64,000 nucleotides of DNA from Calditrichia bacterium. GTDB lineage: Bacteria; Calditrichota; Calditrichia; RBG-13-44-9; J075. A program made the position numbers and the translations under genes. Under the pieces are notes generated by a model. That model searched no databases. It had not been told where the DNA came from and worked only from the letters and a program-made list of their open reading frames with translations. Of this stretch, positions 49,875-59,534 are shown piece by piece. Location of the stretch: the NCBI GenBank assembly GCA_050633245.1, contig JBOEGD010000032.1:32001-96000 (forward strand). The letters are read 5' to 3'. Positions within the stretch are counted from its first letter, which is position 1. Each line of letters starts with the position of its first letter.

Positions 49875-52800
49875 TTACTTACCTACCGCAATTCGAATAC
49901 CTTCCGAGTGTGATGTGAATTCCGGTGCATACATACACTGGATTGTTGTGATTCCATTAGAAAAATTGCCTTCATGCGTTACTCGCAGCGGATATTCAAA
50001 GACATAGGTGCCTTTTGGCAGCCAGCCAAAGAAGAAGTTGGTTGAGGCATCTTTGGTGCTCTCGTAATAACCAAGTCCGCCCTGATATTTCGATTGTGAA
50101 ATAACATTAATCGGTTCCAAGCCGGCAGCACGCATGTCTTTCATATGAACGTATTCCATGGTGCGGTCAACACGCAGCTCAATGCGAACCTTTATTAAGT
50201 CACCTGGCTTCAGCGTTTGTTTGTCGAGCTTCTTCAATACCGGACCTGTTGCAGACGGCTGCTCCAAGAACAGTTCTTTCTTTAGCTTTAGTGGTGTTTC
50301 ATGAGGTGTGATCTTGTCCAGATCTTCAAAATACTGCCAGTAGAGGCCTCCCCATGCCACACCTTCGGTCTGCTTGGTTACAGTCACATTACCCATGTCT
50401 TGTTTGATGTCGCTACCTGTCCACGCCGTTTTGAAGTATCCGGTTCCAGCTTCAGGTTTCGTATCATCTTTCGAGGAGATGTCGACTTTTTCCCCGCCAA
50501 GGGATACCTCAACGATACGGTCATCTGCTAACCATTCACTTCCGCGAAGCAGCAAGGCATAGCAAGCTTCAACCGTGGCCTTTGTGGTTTTCCAATCCTG
50601 CGTTTGCTTTTGCTTCAATAACCAGATGCGCATGTCGTTGACTGCCTGACGATCGTTGGCGACTTCATCAAACAATTCGATTAACAAGGCCTGTGTTTCA
50701 ATAGGAGCCTGATACCAAAAATAACCGCTTTTGCTGCGCCAATACATGCCCATTTCGTTGGAGTGCAGTGCGCGTTCTTTTAAAGACGCGATAATGTCCG
50801 CCGGTGTTTTCTTGTCATCCAAACGATGCAGAGCCAGCGCAATCATCCCTTCGCGATACACCTGACCGAGATCGACCCAATATTGCTGTGCCTGAGACTT
50901 CCAGTAGTCAAATGCTTTCTGATGCTGGCTTTGTACCGGGAACTGCATAAAGTAGCTGCGCGCATACAAATAGTGAATGATCAGCGAGCTTAGGTGATTG
51001 TCTTTCAGGTTCACCTTGTGTTCAAGTAAGCGCATATAGTCTTCATTCATTTCTTCATCGAGATACCGAATAGCGTTTTGCGCCATAGCTTTTGCTTCGG
51101 CAGCACCGGTTGAGATTTCCAGGCGATCGAGATGACCAAACCCTGCGACGATGTGCTGAGTTAAATAGCGATTGGGTCGCATATCGGTAAACCAGGGCCA
51201 TGCGCCGGAAGGTAGCTGCATTTGCTGTAGCTTGCGCTTTGCTGTTTCCAGCTGGCGACTCATATTATTCAGATCAAATAATAACCCAACGCGCTTCTTA
51301 CGCTCACTTTCATCTTGTGCCTGAAGCACCCAGGGTGTTTCCTGCAGGAGTAAGCTTTTCAGCTCCTGGTTTTTCTCCAGATTAGAGGCTAAAGCATCTC
51401 CGCTTTGCTTCCAACTGTCAAAAACGCGCTTGATCTTCGGATTGGAGTTGGCAATATGTGCAGCAATGCTGTTCGCATAAAAGCGGCTAAATGTTTGTTC
51501 GGAACACTCATAAGGATATTCCATTAGATACGGCAATGCCTGAATGGCATACCATGCCGGGTTGGAAGTGAATTCCAACGTCAGTCGCTTGTGTTTCAAT
51601 GTTTTGGACTTATTGTTGACCAATTTCTCAAGTTTGAAGCTGGTCGTGCCTTTTCCGCGAACCGGTAGTGGCAAGGTTTCTGTCACCAGCATACGATTTG
51701 TCAGTACCGGCAGCGTGCTCTCTTCACCGTCGCTGAAGTTACCGGCTTTGGCGATTACGCGATAGGTAACCGCATCAATGTCGGCCGGAACTTTAATGTC
51801 CCACATCAGCGCATCACTTTGCCCGGCAGGTGCCGAAAAGGCAATACTCTTCTTTTTATTGCCAAAAAGATTATCTATCGGTTTCATGTTGAGTGCATCA
51901 AAAAGCTGTAGCTCGGCAGTGCCGCTAAGCGCCTTCTCGCTGAGATTACTGACTTTGGCAGAGAAGGTCATTTTATCGCCATCACGCATAAAGCGTGGCG
52001 CGTTTGGTAGAACCATCAACTCTTTTTGAGTGACGATTTCATTCTGCGTCATACCAAACTCAAGATTTTTGGTATGAGCCAATCCCATCAGCTTCCAGCG
52101 AGTAAGGGCTTCGGGGACGGTGAAGGAAAGAATAATTTCTCCCTCGGCATTTGTTTGCAGATGCGGAAAGAAAAAGGCTGTTTCGCTGAGGTTCTTGCGG
52201 ACTTGTGGTTCGCCGGCGCCACTGGTATTGTCCGCTGGAGTCCCTTCTTCGTTGCGTTCTTTTGATTCACCTGCCGGCGCTGGTTTTGCTTGTGCAAGAA
52301 CCTGAACGGCATCTGCATTGGCAAATTCAGCCTCTTCGGCAGGCGCAGCACCTTCCATCATCATTGTCGGTGCCGGAGCATCGGCTTGAATGCCACCCAT
52401 TGACCGTTTACTCATTAATCTTGCCCGACTACCAAACATCATATTGCTGCCGGGATAAAAATCCAGCTGGTCATAGGTGCGATGATGCAGGCCACCATAG
52501 TAATTCCAGTTGCGCCCATTCGCCGAATAGTTACGACTGGTGAAGTTACTACCAGAGTTAATTTGTCTGAGATAATAGGGGAACGAATATCCGCCATAGA
52601 TTGAGAAATTCCAGCTGTGTGGTGCGAAGGCGTCCAGAGAAGCATCGTACATGCCGGCCAGCATTTCTGCCGCTAGTTTTTCACCTTTGTGACCGCGAAT
52701 TTTCAGGCGCCATTCTTCTTCCTGACCCGGCTTTAACTTGTCGCGGAACGTTTCATAGCTGATGGAAAGTTCTTTATTACTCCACGGTACCTGAACCATA

Positions 52801-55800
52801 TTGCTGATTTGAGTGAGGCGACCGTAACGAATCCAGGTAATGGAAAATCCGAATCCACCGCGATCTTCTTCGGCAATCGGCATGCTGAGTGTGCGTTTGC
52901 CAGTAGCTCTCTCCCAGCGCGATTCGTGAATTCCTTCTTTTTTGTATACCTCAACCAGCGCATGCAGATCTTTTGCAGCGGAGCCCCAGGCATAGGTTGC
53001 CTTTCCACCCGGCTCACCGACCAGTTTTTCGGCAGCCTGCCAGTTGAACTGTTTGCCGGGGATATCTTTCTCTCGCAGGTCGTACATCGTAAAGTATTTC
53101 TTAATATTTATATCTTCACCAAAGGCATCCTTGGTGTTCAACTCGACAACATAATTTCCTTCCGGCCATGAAGAGAGTTTTTCCAGTCGTAGCTTCTTGT
53201 ATCTGTCGGTGTTGAACTGTTGACTGAGATAGCGTTTTCCCGGCTCCCAGGAACGAAAATCGTCTTCGCGATCGTACACATCATTCGGAAAGTCTTTTAC
53301 ATATGCAGTTTTGTCCATCATAAAACGATCCGGTCGTTGCCACAGGCGTGGACGCAGCACGCGACCGTGATCATCCAAACGATGAATAGTGATGTCGCCG
53401 GAAGCTGCTTCAAACTCACCGTTCAGATTATTCGTCGTAATAGCCCATTCCGGTAACGAGTTTCGATTCAATACGCCTGGCACGTTAAGCTGCACATCCA
53501 GGGCTACATAGCCGACGCGTACGGTTGCCGTTGCGCTGCGTGTTTCTCCACTAATATCTGTGATGTCGGCATAAACCGTATAATTAAAGATCGGCTTGTC
53601 TTTCTTTTCCAGAGTAGGATCGGCCAATGCAGTGAAGTCTATTTCAAAGGCTCCGTTGGCATCTGTTTTTGAAATGCCATTTAGGATTTCAACTGCCGGT
53701 GAACTCGGAGCTGGTTTCCACCAATAGCCATAGTAAGGAAATGATGCAGCTCTTACCACGCGATACGCAACGCTGGCATTATCGATATTGGACCCCGCAT
53801 AGGCCGTGGCCTTACCGCTGACCTTTACCTTGTCGTCCAGTCGGAAGCTGCCTTCAATAGGATTAAATGTAACTTCAAAGCGCGGGCGCTTGTACTCTTC
53901 CATCGAAAACCAGCTCGAACCGTTTTCATTGTGCAAGCTCATTTGCCCATTCAAGCTGCCATTTGGCAATACAAATGAGCCGGAAACCGTGCCGTATTCA
54001 TTGCTGGTTAGCTTTAGATCACTGACCTTTTGCTGATTCACATCATAGAGCGTGACGGTTGTGCTGCGCTTTTTGGCAATAAACGGTTTGGCATCGTAAA
54101 AGTCGAGTAAGATACCCTTGAAGAAAACAGTTTGGCCGGGACGATAGATACTACGATCAGTAAAGAAGTGAGTTGTTGTATGCTTCCGGTTACCGCGATT
54201 TCGATAGCGCTGGGCATTGTTGTAAAAATCATCCAGAAAAAGGCGATCGCTGCTTGTCTTCAAGTCGACACGAAAACGATCGGCTCGTGAGCCGCTTTTA
54301 ACCAAAAACTCACCGTTACGATCCGTTTTCTTTGTGGCGTGCTTGACCATCTCATTGCGGCGTTTGGACTGATTGTACTTTTGCTTCCAAAGCGTTGCGG
54401 TTACGCCGGAAAGCGGCTGACCGCTGTGGCGATCTACCACAACAAAACGATGTTTTTTCTTGTCCCCGGATTTTTGGAACATGCCGAGGCGAGAAACCCA
54501 GGTCGGGGCCGTTGCGACGGCTTGTTTGTCGGTAGAAAATTCAGGGGTTGTGCCCATTAGAAAAACATAGTTTCCACCTGCTAAGGCGGGCATTTTAATT
54601 TCTACTGAATGAGTGTGATAGTCACCGTCATCTGGTAGATCTACCGACCAGGTTGCGACTACTTCTTTGGATAGATACCATTTAATCCAGGCATCCTGAT
54701 TCATGCGGTCGCCGCTATTGCGTTTTTGCTCCAGCTCTTCAGGAGAAATGATGATTGCTTTAAGATATACTTTGGGAACGTTCTGATAACTCACTAATCC
54801 ACGAAACGGCATGTCCGGCAAATTGACCTGCTCTAAATTGAGTGAAAGCTGCTTGGCCTTTATCTGATCTTGCATAACGCGACAGTTATGAGCGCCCGAT
54901 GACTCCGGGAAGCGGGTGATGGCCTTTTGCAATATTTCATAAGCCGTCTTGCGATCCCATTTGTGGGCTTCACTTTCATGGCGGTACTCTGAGCTTTGGC
55001 TGAAGTAATACTGTGCAATTTCATAGGACACGTCGGTAGATATCGGACTGTCGGCATGCGCCTTTTCCAGATTTTGCAGCGCTTTCAGGTAGAGCTCGTC
55101 TTTGTTGGGCATAACACCATGTTGATTGATAAACTTCAGGCGCTTCAGATCGATATCAACCAGTGCTTCCGGACTCTCATCTCTCAGGTGAAAGCGTACA
55201 GTGTTCTGCAATAACTTCAGGGCATAATAGTGTAAGGCATTCTCTTCCGGGGACTCGACTTTTGCCGCAGCAAAATTACGCGCTGAACCGAACAGCGTTT
55301 CATCGCTTAGATGAAACTGTTCGGCCGGTCGGGTAAGACCCGATTCAGAATTCATATAAAAATCGATTGCCCGGTGTGCCAGAAAATCGAAAAGAGTTGG
55401 GCGGAAGGTGCGTGACTCTTTTTGCTTAATAATGACGTCGTCAAATACTTCAACATACAGTCGCTTCAGCTCATCCGACTTTTCCATTGAGGTTTCGTAG
55501 AGCTCAATGGTTCGCTCCACCAACTGCTTCGCGTCCCAGGTGCGGATGTCATTGACATTCGGCTCCTCGACCGTGGTGCGTTCAAGTATATTCCAGCGAT
55601 TATTTTGATAATACTGCCAGTAGGATTGTGCCAGCATTGAAGTTAGCACATTCTTTTCCGGAAACACGCTGGCAGCCAGCTCCTTTTCCAGTAGATAAAT
55701 GCCACCGGCCTGCGGATCTTCCTGATAACTGTCGTCCATACGCAGACGGTAAATAAGTGCTTTTACGACCTGCCCGGAGTTCTTGTCTTTTTTGGCCTTG

Positions 55801-55994
55801 GCATAAATATCGTTGATAACCTTAAGTGCAGATTGGGGAAGATTCTTGCTGATGTGCTGCTCAACTTCCTTCCATTCCTTTTCATAGCCCGGGCCTTTTT
55901 TAACCTCTTTCATTTCATCATCCTGCCAATTGTTAGAGTAAAGTACACCTGCAAAAACTGTAAGTAAGAGTGCCGTAATAAGAATGCGTTTCAT
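49875..55994 (-). CDS. Bacterial alpha-2-macroglobulin family protein
   Basis: FTDRSIYRPGQTV, EEYKRP, ETAFFFP, PEALTRW, YPYECSEQ (CxEQ), DMRAAGLEP, MYAPEF. Confidence 0.95.
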   Translation of the reverse strand: MKRILITALLLTVFAGVLYSNNWQDDEMKEVKKGPGYEKEWKEVEQHISKNLPQSALKVINDIYAKAKKDKNSGQVVKALIYRLRMDDSYQEDPQAGGIYLLEKELAASVFPEKNVLTSMLAQSYWQYYQNNRWNILERTTVEEPNVNDIRTWDAKQLVERTIELYETSMEKSDELKRLYVEVFDDVIIKQKESRTFRPTLFDFLAHRAIDFYMNSESGLTRPAEQFHLSDETLFGSARNFAAAKVESPEENALHYYALKLLQNTVRFHLRDESPEALVDIDLKRLKFINQHGVMPNKDELYLKALQNLEKAHADSPISTDVSYEIAQYYFSQSSEYRHESEAHKWDRKTAYEILQKAITRFPESSGAHNCRVMQDQIKAKQLSLNLEQVNLPDMPFRGLVSYQNVPKVYLKAIIISPEELEQKRNSGDRMNQDAWIKWYLSKEVVATWSVDLPDDGDYHTHSVEIKMPALAGGNYVFLMGTTPEFSTDKQAVATAPTWVSRLGMFQKSGDKKKHRFVVVDRHSGQPLSGVTATLWKQKYNQSKRRNEMVKHATKKTDRNGEFLVKSGSRADRFRVDLKTSSDRLFLDDFYNNAQRYRNRGNRKHTTTHFFTDRSIYRPGQTVFFKGILLDFYDAKPFIAKKRSTTVTLYDVNQQKVSDLKLTSNEYGTVSGSFVLPNGSLNGQMSLHNENGSSWFSMEEYKRPRFEVTFNPIEGSFRLDDKVKVSGKATAYAGSNIDNASVAYRVVRAASFPYYGYWWKPAPSSPAVEILNGISKTDANGAFEIDFTALADPTLEKKDKPIFNYTVYADITDISGETRSATATVRVGYVALDVQLNVPGVLNRNSLPEWAITTNNLNGEFEAASGDITIHRLDDHGRVLRPRLWQRPDRFMMDKTAYVKDFPNDVYDREDDFRSWEPGKRYLSQQFNTDRYKKLRLEKLSSWPEGNYVVELNTKDAFGEDINIKKYFTMYDLREKDIPGKQFNWQAAEKLVGEPGGKATYAWGSAAKDLHALVEVYKKEGIHESRWERATGKRTLSMPIAEEDRGGFGFSITWIRYGRLTQISNMVQVPWSNKELSISYETFRDKLKPGQEEEWRLKIRGHKGEKLAAEMLAGMYDASLDAFAPHSWNFSIYGGYSFPYYLRQINSGSNFTSRNYSANGRNWNYYGGLHHRTYDQLDFYPGSNMMFGSRARLMSKRSMGGIQADAPAPTMMMEGAAPAEEAEFANADAVQVLAQAKPAPAGESKERNEEGTPADNTSGAGEPQVRKNLSETAFFFPHLQTNAEGEIILSFTVPEALTRWKLMGLAHTKNLEFGMTQNEIVTQKELMVLPNAPRFMRDGDKMTFSAKVSNLSEKALSGTAELQLFDALNMKPIDNLFGNKKKSIAFSAPAGQSDALMWDIKVPADIDAVTYRVIAKAGNFSDGEESTLPVLTNRMLVTETLPLPVRGKGTTSFKLEKLVNNKSKTLKHKRLTLEFTSNPAWYAIQALPYLMEYPYECSEQTFSRFYANSIAAHIANSNPKIKRVFDSWKQSGDALASNLEKNQELKSLLLQETPWVLQAQDESERKKRVGLLFDLNNMSRQLETAKRKLQQMQLPSGAWPWFTDMRPNRYLTQHIVAGFGHLDRLEISTGAAEAKAMAQNAIRYLDEEMNEDYMRLLEHKVNLKDNHLSSLIIHYLYARSYFMQFPVQSQHQKAFDYWKSQAQQYWVDLGQVYREGMIALALHRLDDKKTPADIIASLKERALHSNEMGMYWRSKSGYFWYQAPIETQALLIELFDEVANDRQAVNDMRIWLLKQKQTQDWKTTKATVEACYALLLRGSEWLADDRIVEVSLGGEKVDISSKDDTKPEAGTGYFKTAWTGSDIKQDMGNVTVTKQTEGVAWGGLYWQYFEDLDKITPHETPLKLKKELFLEQPSATGPVLKKLDKQTLKPGDLIKVRIELRVDRTMEYVHMKDMRAAGLEPINVISQSKYQGGLGYYESTKDASTNFFFGWLPKGTYVFEYPLRVTHEGNFSNGITTIQCMYAPEFTSHSEGIRIAVGK

Positions 55995-56294
55995 AGGAGT
56001 TCAACCTTTGTTGTATCAATATGCTATATAGATTGAGAGCTTTTTTTTCGTTGGAGGTCACAACTAATTTGCAATATGACGTCTTTCATACGCCGATTGC
56101 AATTTTATTGTATCTTTTCTCCAAAATAACTGCTAAACATCTGATTTCAACTATTGATGTCATTTGATGCGAAAAGGTAAATGGGAGGGGTGAAAAAAAA
56201 TGGCGCAGGCGAAAAAGATCACCTGCGCCAAACTGAATGTAAAAATGTCCCGCAAAGAATATAGTCGATTCATGCCTAAAGGCTGTGCGAGCCG

Positions 56295-56831
56295 TCACTT
56301 ACGTCTATTTATTGCATAGCCGAATACGAATGAAAACCGATTTCCTGATGGGCTGGTCGCAAGCACCAGATTTATTGGCAGGTGCACACCATTGTAGTTA
56401 AATGTTTTTCCAAGGGCCAGTAGTAGCGCAGTATGAACAGTATCTTTACCTGCAGAAACCGTTGGACCCATTCCAAACTCAATACCATTTGGCAGTCGTA
56501 CGCCCATTGCAAGAGATGCATTAGGAATAAATTTGCCATATTCGACCCCTGCTATCATTGGGATGAACTCGATGACAAATGATGGTGCGGCTCCGGCAGG
56601 CTTAATTTGGTATTCAAGATGCCAGCCAAACTGACTTAGAATTGGCCCCAGGTTGTTCTCCTCCAACTCATCTAATAAACTTCCTCCTCCTACATAAGTA
56701 ACTCCCAATCGTGGACCGCTTAAGTTGTACTCGTTGAAGCTAATGGTGTCGGACCGCTTGAGCGGCTGTGCGAGTCCCAGACTTGCACATACGCAAACGA
56801 GAATAAGGGAAACGATAGAATGCTTTAACAT
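56295..56831 (-). CDS. Hypothetical exported protein (possible small beta-barrel)
   Basis: AAGGAG RBS, signal peptide, amphipathic strands (SQFGWHLEYQ, FSFVFGY). Confidence 0.75.
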   Translation of the reverse strand: MLKHSIVSLILVCVCASLGLAQPLKRSDTISFNEYNLSGPRLGVTYVGGGSLLDELEENNLGPILSQFGWHLEYQIKPAGAAPSFVIEFIPMIAGVEYGKFIPNASLAMGVRLPNGIEFGMGPTVSAGKDTVHTALLLALGKTFNYNGVHLPINLVLATSPSGNRFSFVFGYAINRRK

Positions 56832-56872
56832 AACAGGCTCCTTCTGGTTTTAAACGCCTTTGCTATGGATAA

Positions 56873-56889
56873 GTCAAAGGTCGTGCCAA
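56873..56889 (-). promoter_or_regulatory. Putative sigma54 promoter
   Basis: Minus strand TTGGCACGACCTTTGAC: perfect TGGCACG -24 element, GG-N10-GA; 42 bp upstream of ATG 56831. Confidence 0.65.
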
Positions 56890-57053
56890 AATTCACTTCT
56901 CTGGTTAAGGTTAGTGTAAACAACGGTTTGGGTGGAGTCGAGGCGTCGCGTTGACCATCTCTTTCGATATAATTTATTAGACATCTGTCTGGTTGTGTGA
57001 ATCAGAAGAAAGCGGTAGTTTGTTGAGGAAGTGAGGAAAGAATGTGAGAAACG

Positions 57054-57093
57054 GGCAGTAAGGCAGTAAGGCAGTAACGCAGTAAGGCAGTAA
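57054..57093. repeat. Octamer array (GGCAGTAA)x5
   Basis: Four perfect copies and one CGCAGTAA. Confidence 0.9.
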
Positions 57094-57140
57094 GAAAAGA
57101 AAAATGATACGTCGTGGGTAATTGAAAGTGAGAGTTTACG

Positions 57141-57368
57141 ATGAATAATAAACTATCAGATTCCGGTAAGCAAAAAACGCCTGAGAAGATTAATTGGCCA
57201 GCGCGAATTTGGCGAACTCTTATCAGGCTGATCCCCTTTCTTCTGCTGCTTTATTATTTTACTTATACGCCGACGGATCAAAAGAGCGAAGGGAAATTGA
57301 CTCCTGTGGATTCTGTGCAAGTGGATTCTTTGTCGATTGAGAAGGGCAGTGAGGCAGTGAGGCAGTAA
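57141..57368 (+). CDS. Small single-TM hypothetical protein (75 aa)
   Basis: ATG start, one TM (LIRLIPFLLLLYYF); C-terminus and stop encoded by GGCAGTGA/GGCAGTAA octamers. Confidence 0.5.
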   Translation: MNNKLSDSGKQKTPEKINWPARIWRTLIRLIPFLLLLYYFTYTPTDQKSEGKLTPVDSVQVDSLSIEKGSEAVRQ

Positions 57369-57555
57369 GATCACTAGTGGGAAGTGAAAGTGAGAAACAA
57401 AAGTGAGAAACAAAAGTGAGAAACAAAAGTGAGAAACAAAGGTGAGAAATGGTCAGATAGGTATTCGACTTTCCCCCGGTTTTCCAGTCGGTTTTTCAGT
57501 GTTCTGAGTTCGAATAAGGCAATAAGGCAATAAGGCAATAAGGCAATTTCTCACC
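57345..57555. repeat. Composite arrays: (GGCAGTRA)x3, 13-mer (GTGAGAAACAAAA)x4, (AATAAGGC)x4
   Basis: 57345-57368, 57390-57441, 57513-57544; 10-bp inverted repeat 57441-57450/57546-57555. Confidence 0.9.
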
Positions 57556-57615
57556 GTTTCTGCCTCATTCTATTCTGCTCTCTGACTTTGAGGGCTCTGC
57601 CAGCTTTTTCTCTAA

Positions 57616-57741
57616 TCTGAGTTCTGAGTTCTGAGTTCTGAGTTCTGAGTTCTGTGTTCTGTGTTCTGAGTTCTGTGTTCTGTGTTCTGAGTTCTGTGTT
57701 CTGTGTTCTGAGTTCTGAGTTCTGAGTTCTGAGTTCTGAGT
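57616..57741. repeat. 18-unit heptamer array of TCTGAGT (A) and TCTGTGT (B), ordered A5-B2-A-B2-A-B2-A5
   Basis: Counted unit by unit; reverse complement of the TCAGAAC/AGAACAC arrays elsewhere in the window. Confidence 0.95.
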
Positions 57742-57879
57742 ATCGCACTGTGAATATCTTATAGGATAAGCTGCATTTTGTGCTTAAATTATCAAGTCGG
57801 GTGTTCCTTTCTAAAATGTATGGCTGTCTCAGCCTGGCGCCGATTGCGCCGCTATTTAATCAATGACGGGAGAATCATA

Positions 57880-58953
57880 GTGGAAACAGTAGATCCTAAG
57901 CTACTCAAGGAGATTGACGAGGAGAAACCGGACACCCCGGTAGGTTTACTCAGCGATGAGCAGAAAGATACGCTTATCGAACGCGCTTTTTTAGGTTTAT
58001 ATCGATGGTATGTGCAACGTTCCCAAACCAAGCGAAACTGGAATCCTGATTTCGATTTCGATTGGCGCAAATTCCGAACCGACCATACTGCAAAACTCAA
58101 TACCATTCTGGAGGGCTTTTTTGCCGTTGAGCAATACGTCCCGGACTATGTATTTACGCTTTTACGAGTGATTCGCAAGAGCCACGGTCGTTCGCATTTC
58201 CATATCCGTTGGGGATCGGAAGAAGAAAAGCATGCCGAGTTATGGGAAAACACGCTGCTCTTTTCGCGCTTTCGTACGCCGAAGTGGATTGAAGATTACA
58301 AACATGCACTTCGTGAAAAAGAATGGGAGCTTCCATGGGATTGCCCTATTCACATGATTTTTTACACGGTCGTGCAGGAGCGTGCAACCCAGGTGAATTA
58401 TCTTAATACCGGTCTGATTGCCAGAGGCAAAAGCAAGCATGCAGAGTTCAAGGAGTCTACAGATGAGGTGCTGGCTCGTGTCGCTCAAACAATCGCTATT
58501 GATGAAGCGGCCCACTATAACTTCTTTCTGGAAGGCGCACGTTTGTATATGTATTACTATCCAACTAAGGCTATCGAAGCATTGCATAATGTAATCAAGT
58601 TTTTTGCAATGCCCGCTGGAGACCTGATTCCCGGCTACGATAAATTTGCCGAGGTGGTTTCCAAAGCAAATGTGTATGGACGTCGTGAGCATATGAAAGA
58701 TGTGCTGGATGTCGCTCTGGATAATCTTGGAATCGCTGGTCGCCGTGCATTATTTCAGGGAATTGAGCGTATTCGTAAGGTGCCGGATGAAAATGGCGAT
58801 ATGCGTCATACCGGACTTTTTGATCTTCTTGACTACGAAGGTGTAGAGTCGAAGGTAAAACGTCTATTTGGACGCATTTCTGATTATGAAAAAGAGGTTG
58901 GCTTTGATCTAATCAATCCCACGGAATTTATTCCGAGCGGATTAAAGGCTTAA
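57880..58953 (+). CDS. Acyl-ACP desaturase-like ferritin-fold di-iron protein
   Basis: WGSEEEKH, QERAT, IAIDEAAHY, FAMPAG; GGGAGA RBS before GTG 57880. Confidence 0.8.
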   Translation: METVDPKLLKEIDEEKPDTPVGLLSDEQKDTLIERAFLGLYRWYVQRSQTKRNWNPDFDFDWRKFRTDHTAKLNTILEGFFAVEQYVPDYVFTLLRVIRKSHGRSHFHIRWGSEEEKHAELWENTLLFSRFRTPKWIEDYKHALREKEWELPWDCPIHMIFYTVVQERATQVNYLNTGLIARGKSKHAEFKESTDEVLARVAQTIAIDEAAHYNFFLEGARLYMYYYPTKAIEALHNVIKFFAMPAGDLIPGYDKFAEVVSKANVYGRREHMKDVLDVALDNLGIAGRRALFQGIERIRKVPDENGDMRHTGLFDLLDYEGVESKVKRLFGRISDYEKEVGFDLINPTEFIPSGLKA

Positions 58954-58982
58954 TCGCTTGTTGTTTTTATTTAGGGGCTGCT

Positions 58983-59534
58983 TCATTTTTGAGGCAGCCT
59001 CTTTTTTTTGCTTTTTAACCACATCGTAAGCAGACCCACACTACTTATCGGCAAGACAATCCACAAGAACTCACTCCATAGCACCCTTAGCCCTCTTTCA
59101 CCCAAAAATGTTTGAATCTTTATTGGTGAAACGCGTATCGGTCTGAATTCAAAGAAGTGTCGCGTATTGTCGAAAGGTGCAAAAAAGGCCACTCCCTTTC
59201 CACCATTTGTTAACGCATCAAAAATTCCGTGTGAGGCGGTAATAGCTGTGAATAATAATGCCAGACCGAGCAGCTGCTTTTGCGAGAAGCCGCTTTTACG
59301 AAAGAATAAGGCCGAAGCGCACATCCCTGTCAGCAAAGCAAAGAAAAGCGAGTGAGTTATCCCTCGATGACCCAATACGTGTTCGTATGGAATACCAAAT
59401 CGGAAGGCAATTACGTCAAAATCCGGCAGCACGGGAAGTAAGATTGTCAATAACCAGAATCGTTTCGGCATCTTGCGAAAAAAGCTGCGTCCGAGGATCC
59501 AACCGCAGTAGGCGTGTGTGAAAATTGTAGGCAT
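58983..59534 (-). CDS. YdjM/YbcI-like membrane metal-dependent hydrolase
   Basis: MPTIFTH, LPDFDV, GHRGITHS, SHGIFDALTNGGKGV. Confidence 0.92.
   Translation of the reverse strand: MPTIFTHAYCGWILGRSFFRKMPKRFWLLTILLPVLPDFDVIAFRFGIPYEHVLGHRGITHSLFFALLTGMCASALFFRKSGFSQKQLLGLALLFTAITASHGIFDALTNGGKGVAFFAPFDNTRHFFEFRPIRVSPIKIQTFLGERGLRVLWSEFLWIVLPISSVGLLTMWLKSKKKRLPQK

Noticed and set aside
57390-57544. CRISPR or iteron interpretation of the 13-mer and 8-mer arrays
   Set aside because: No spacers, and no rep, dnaA or cas gene nearby
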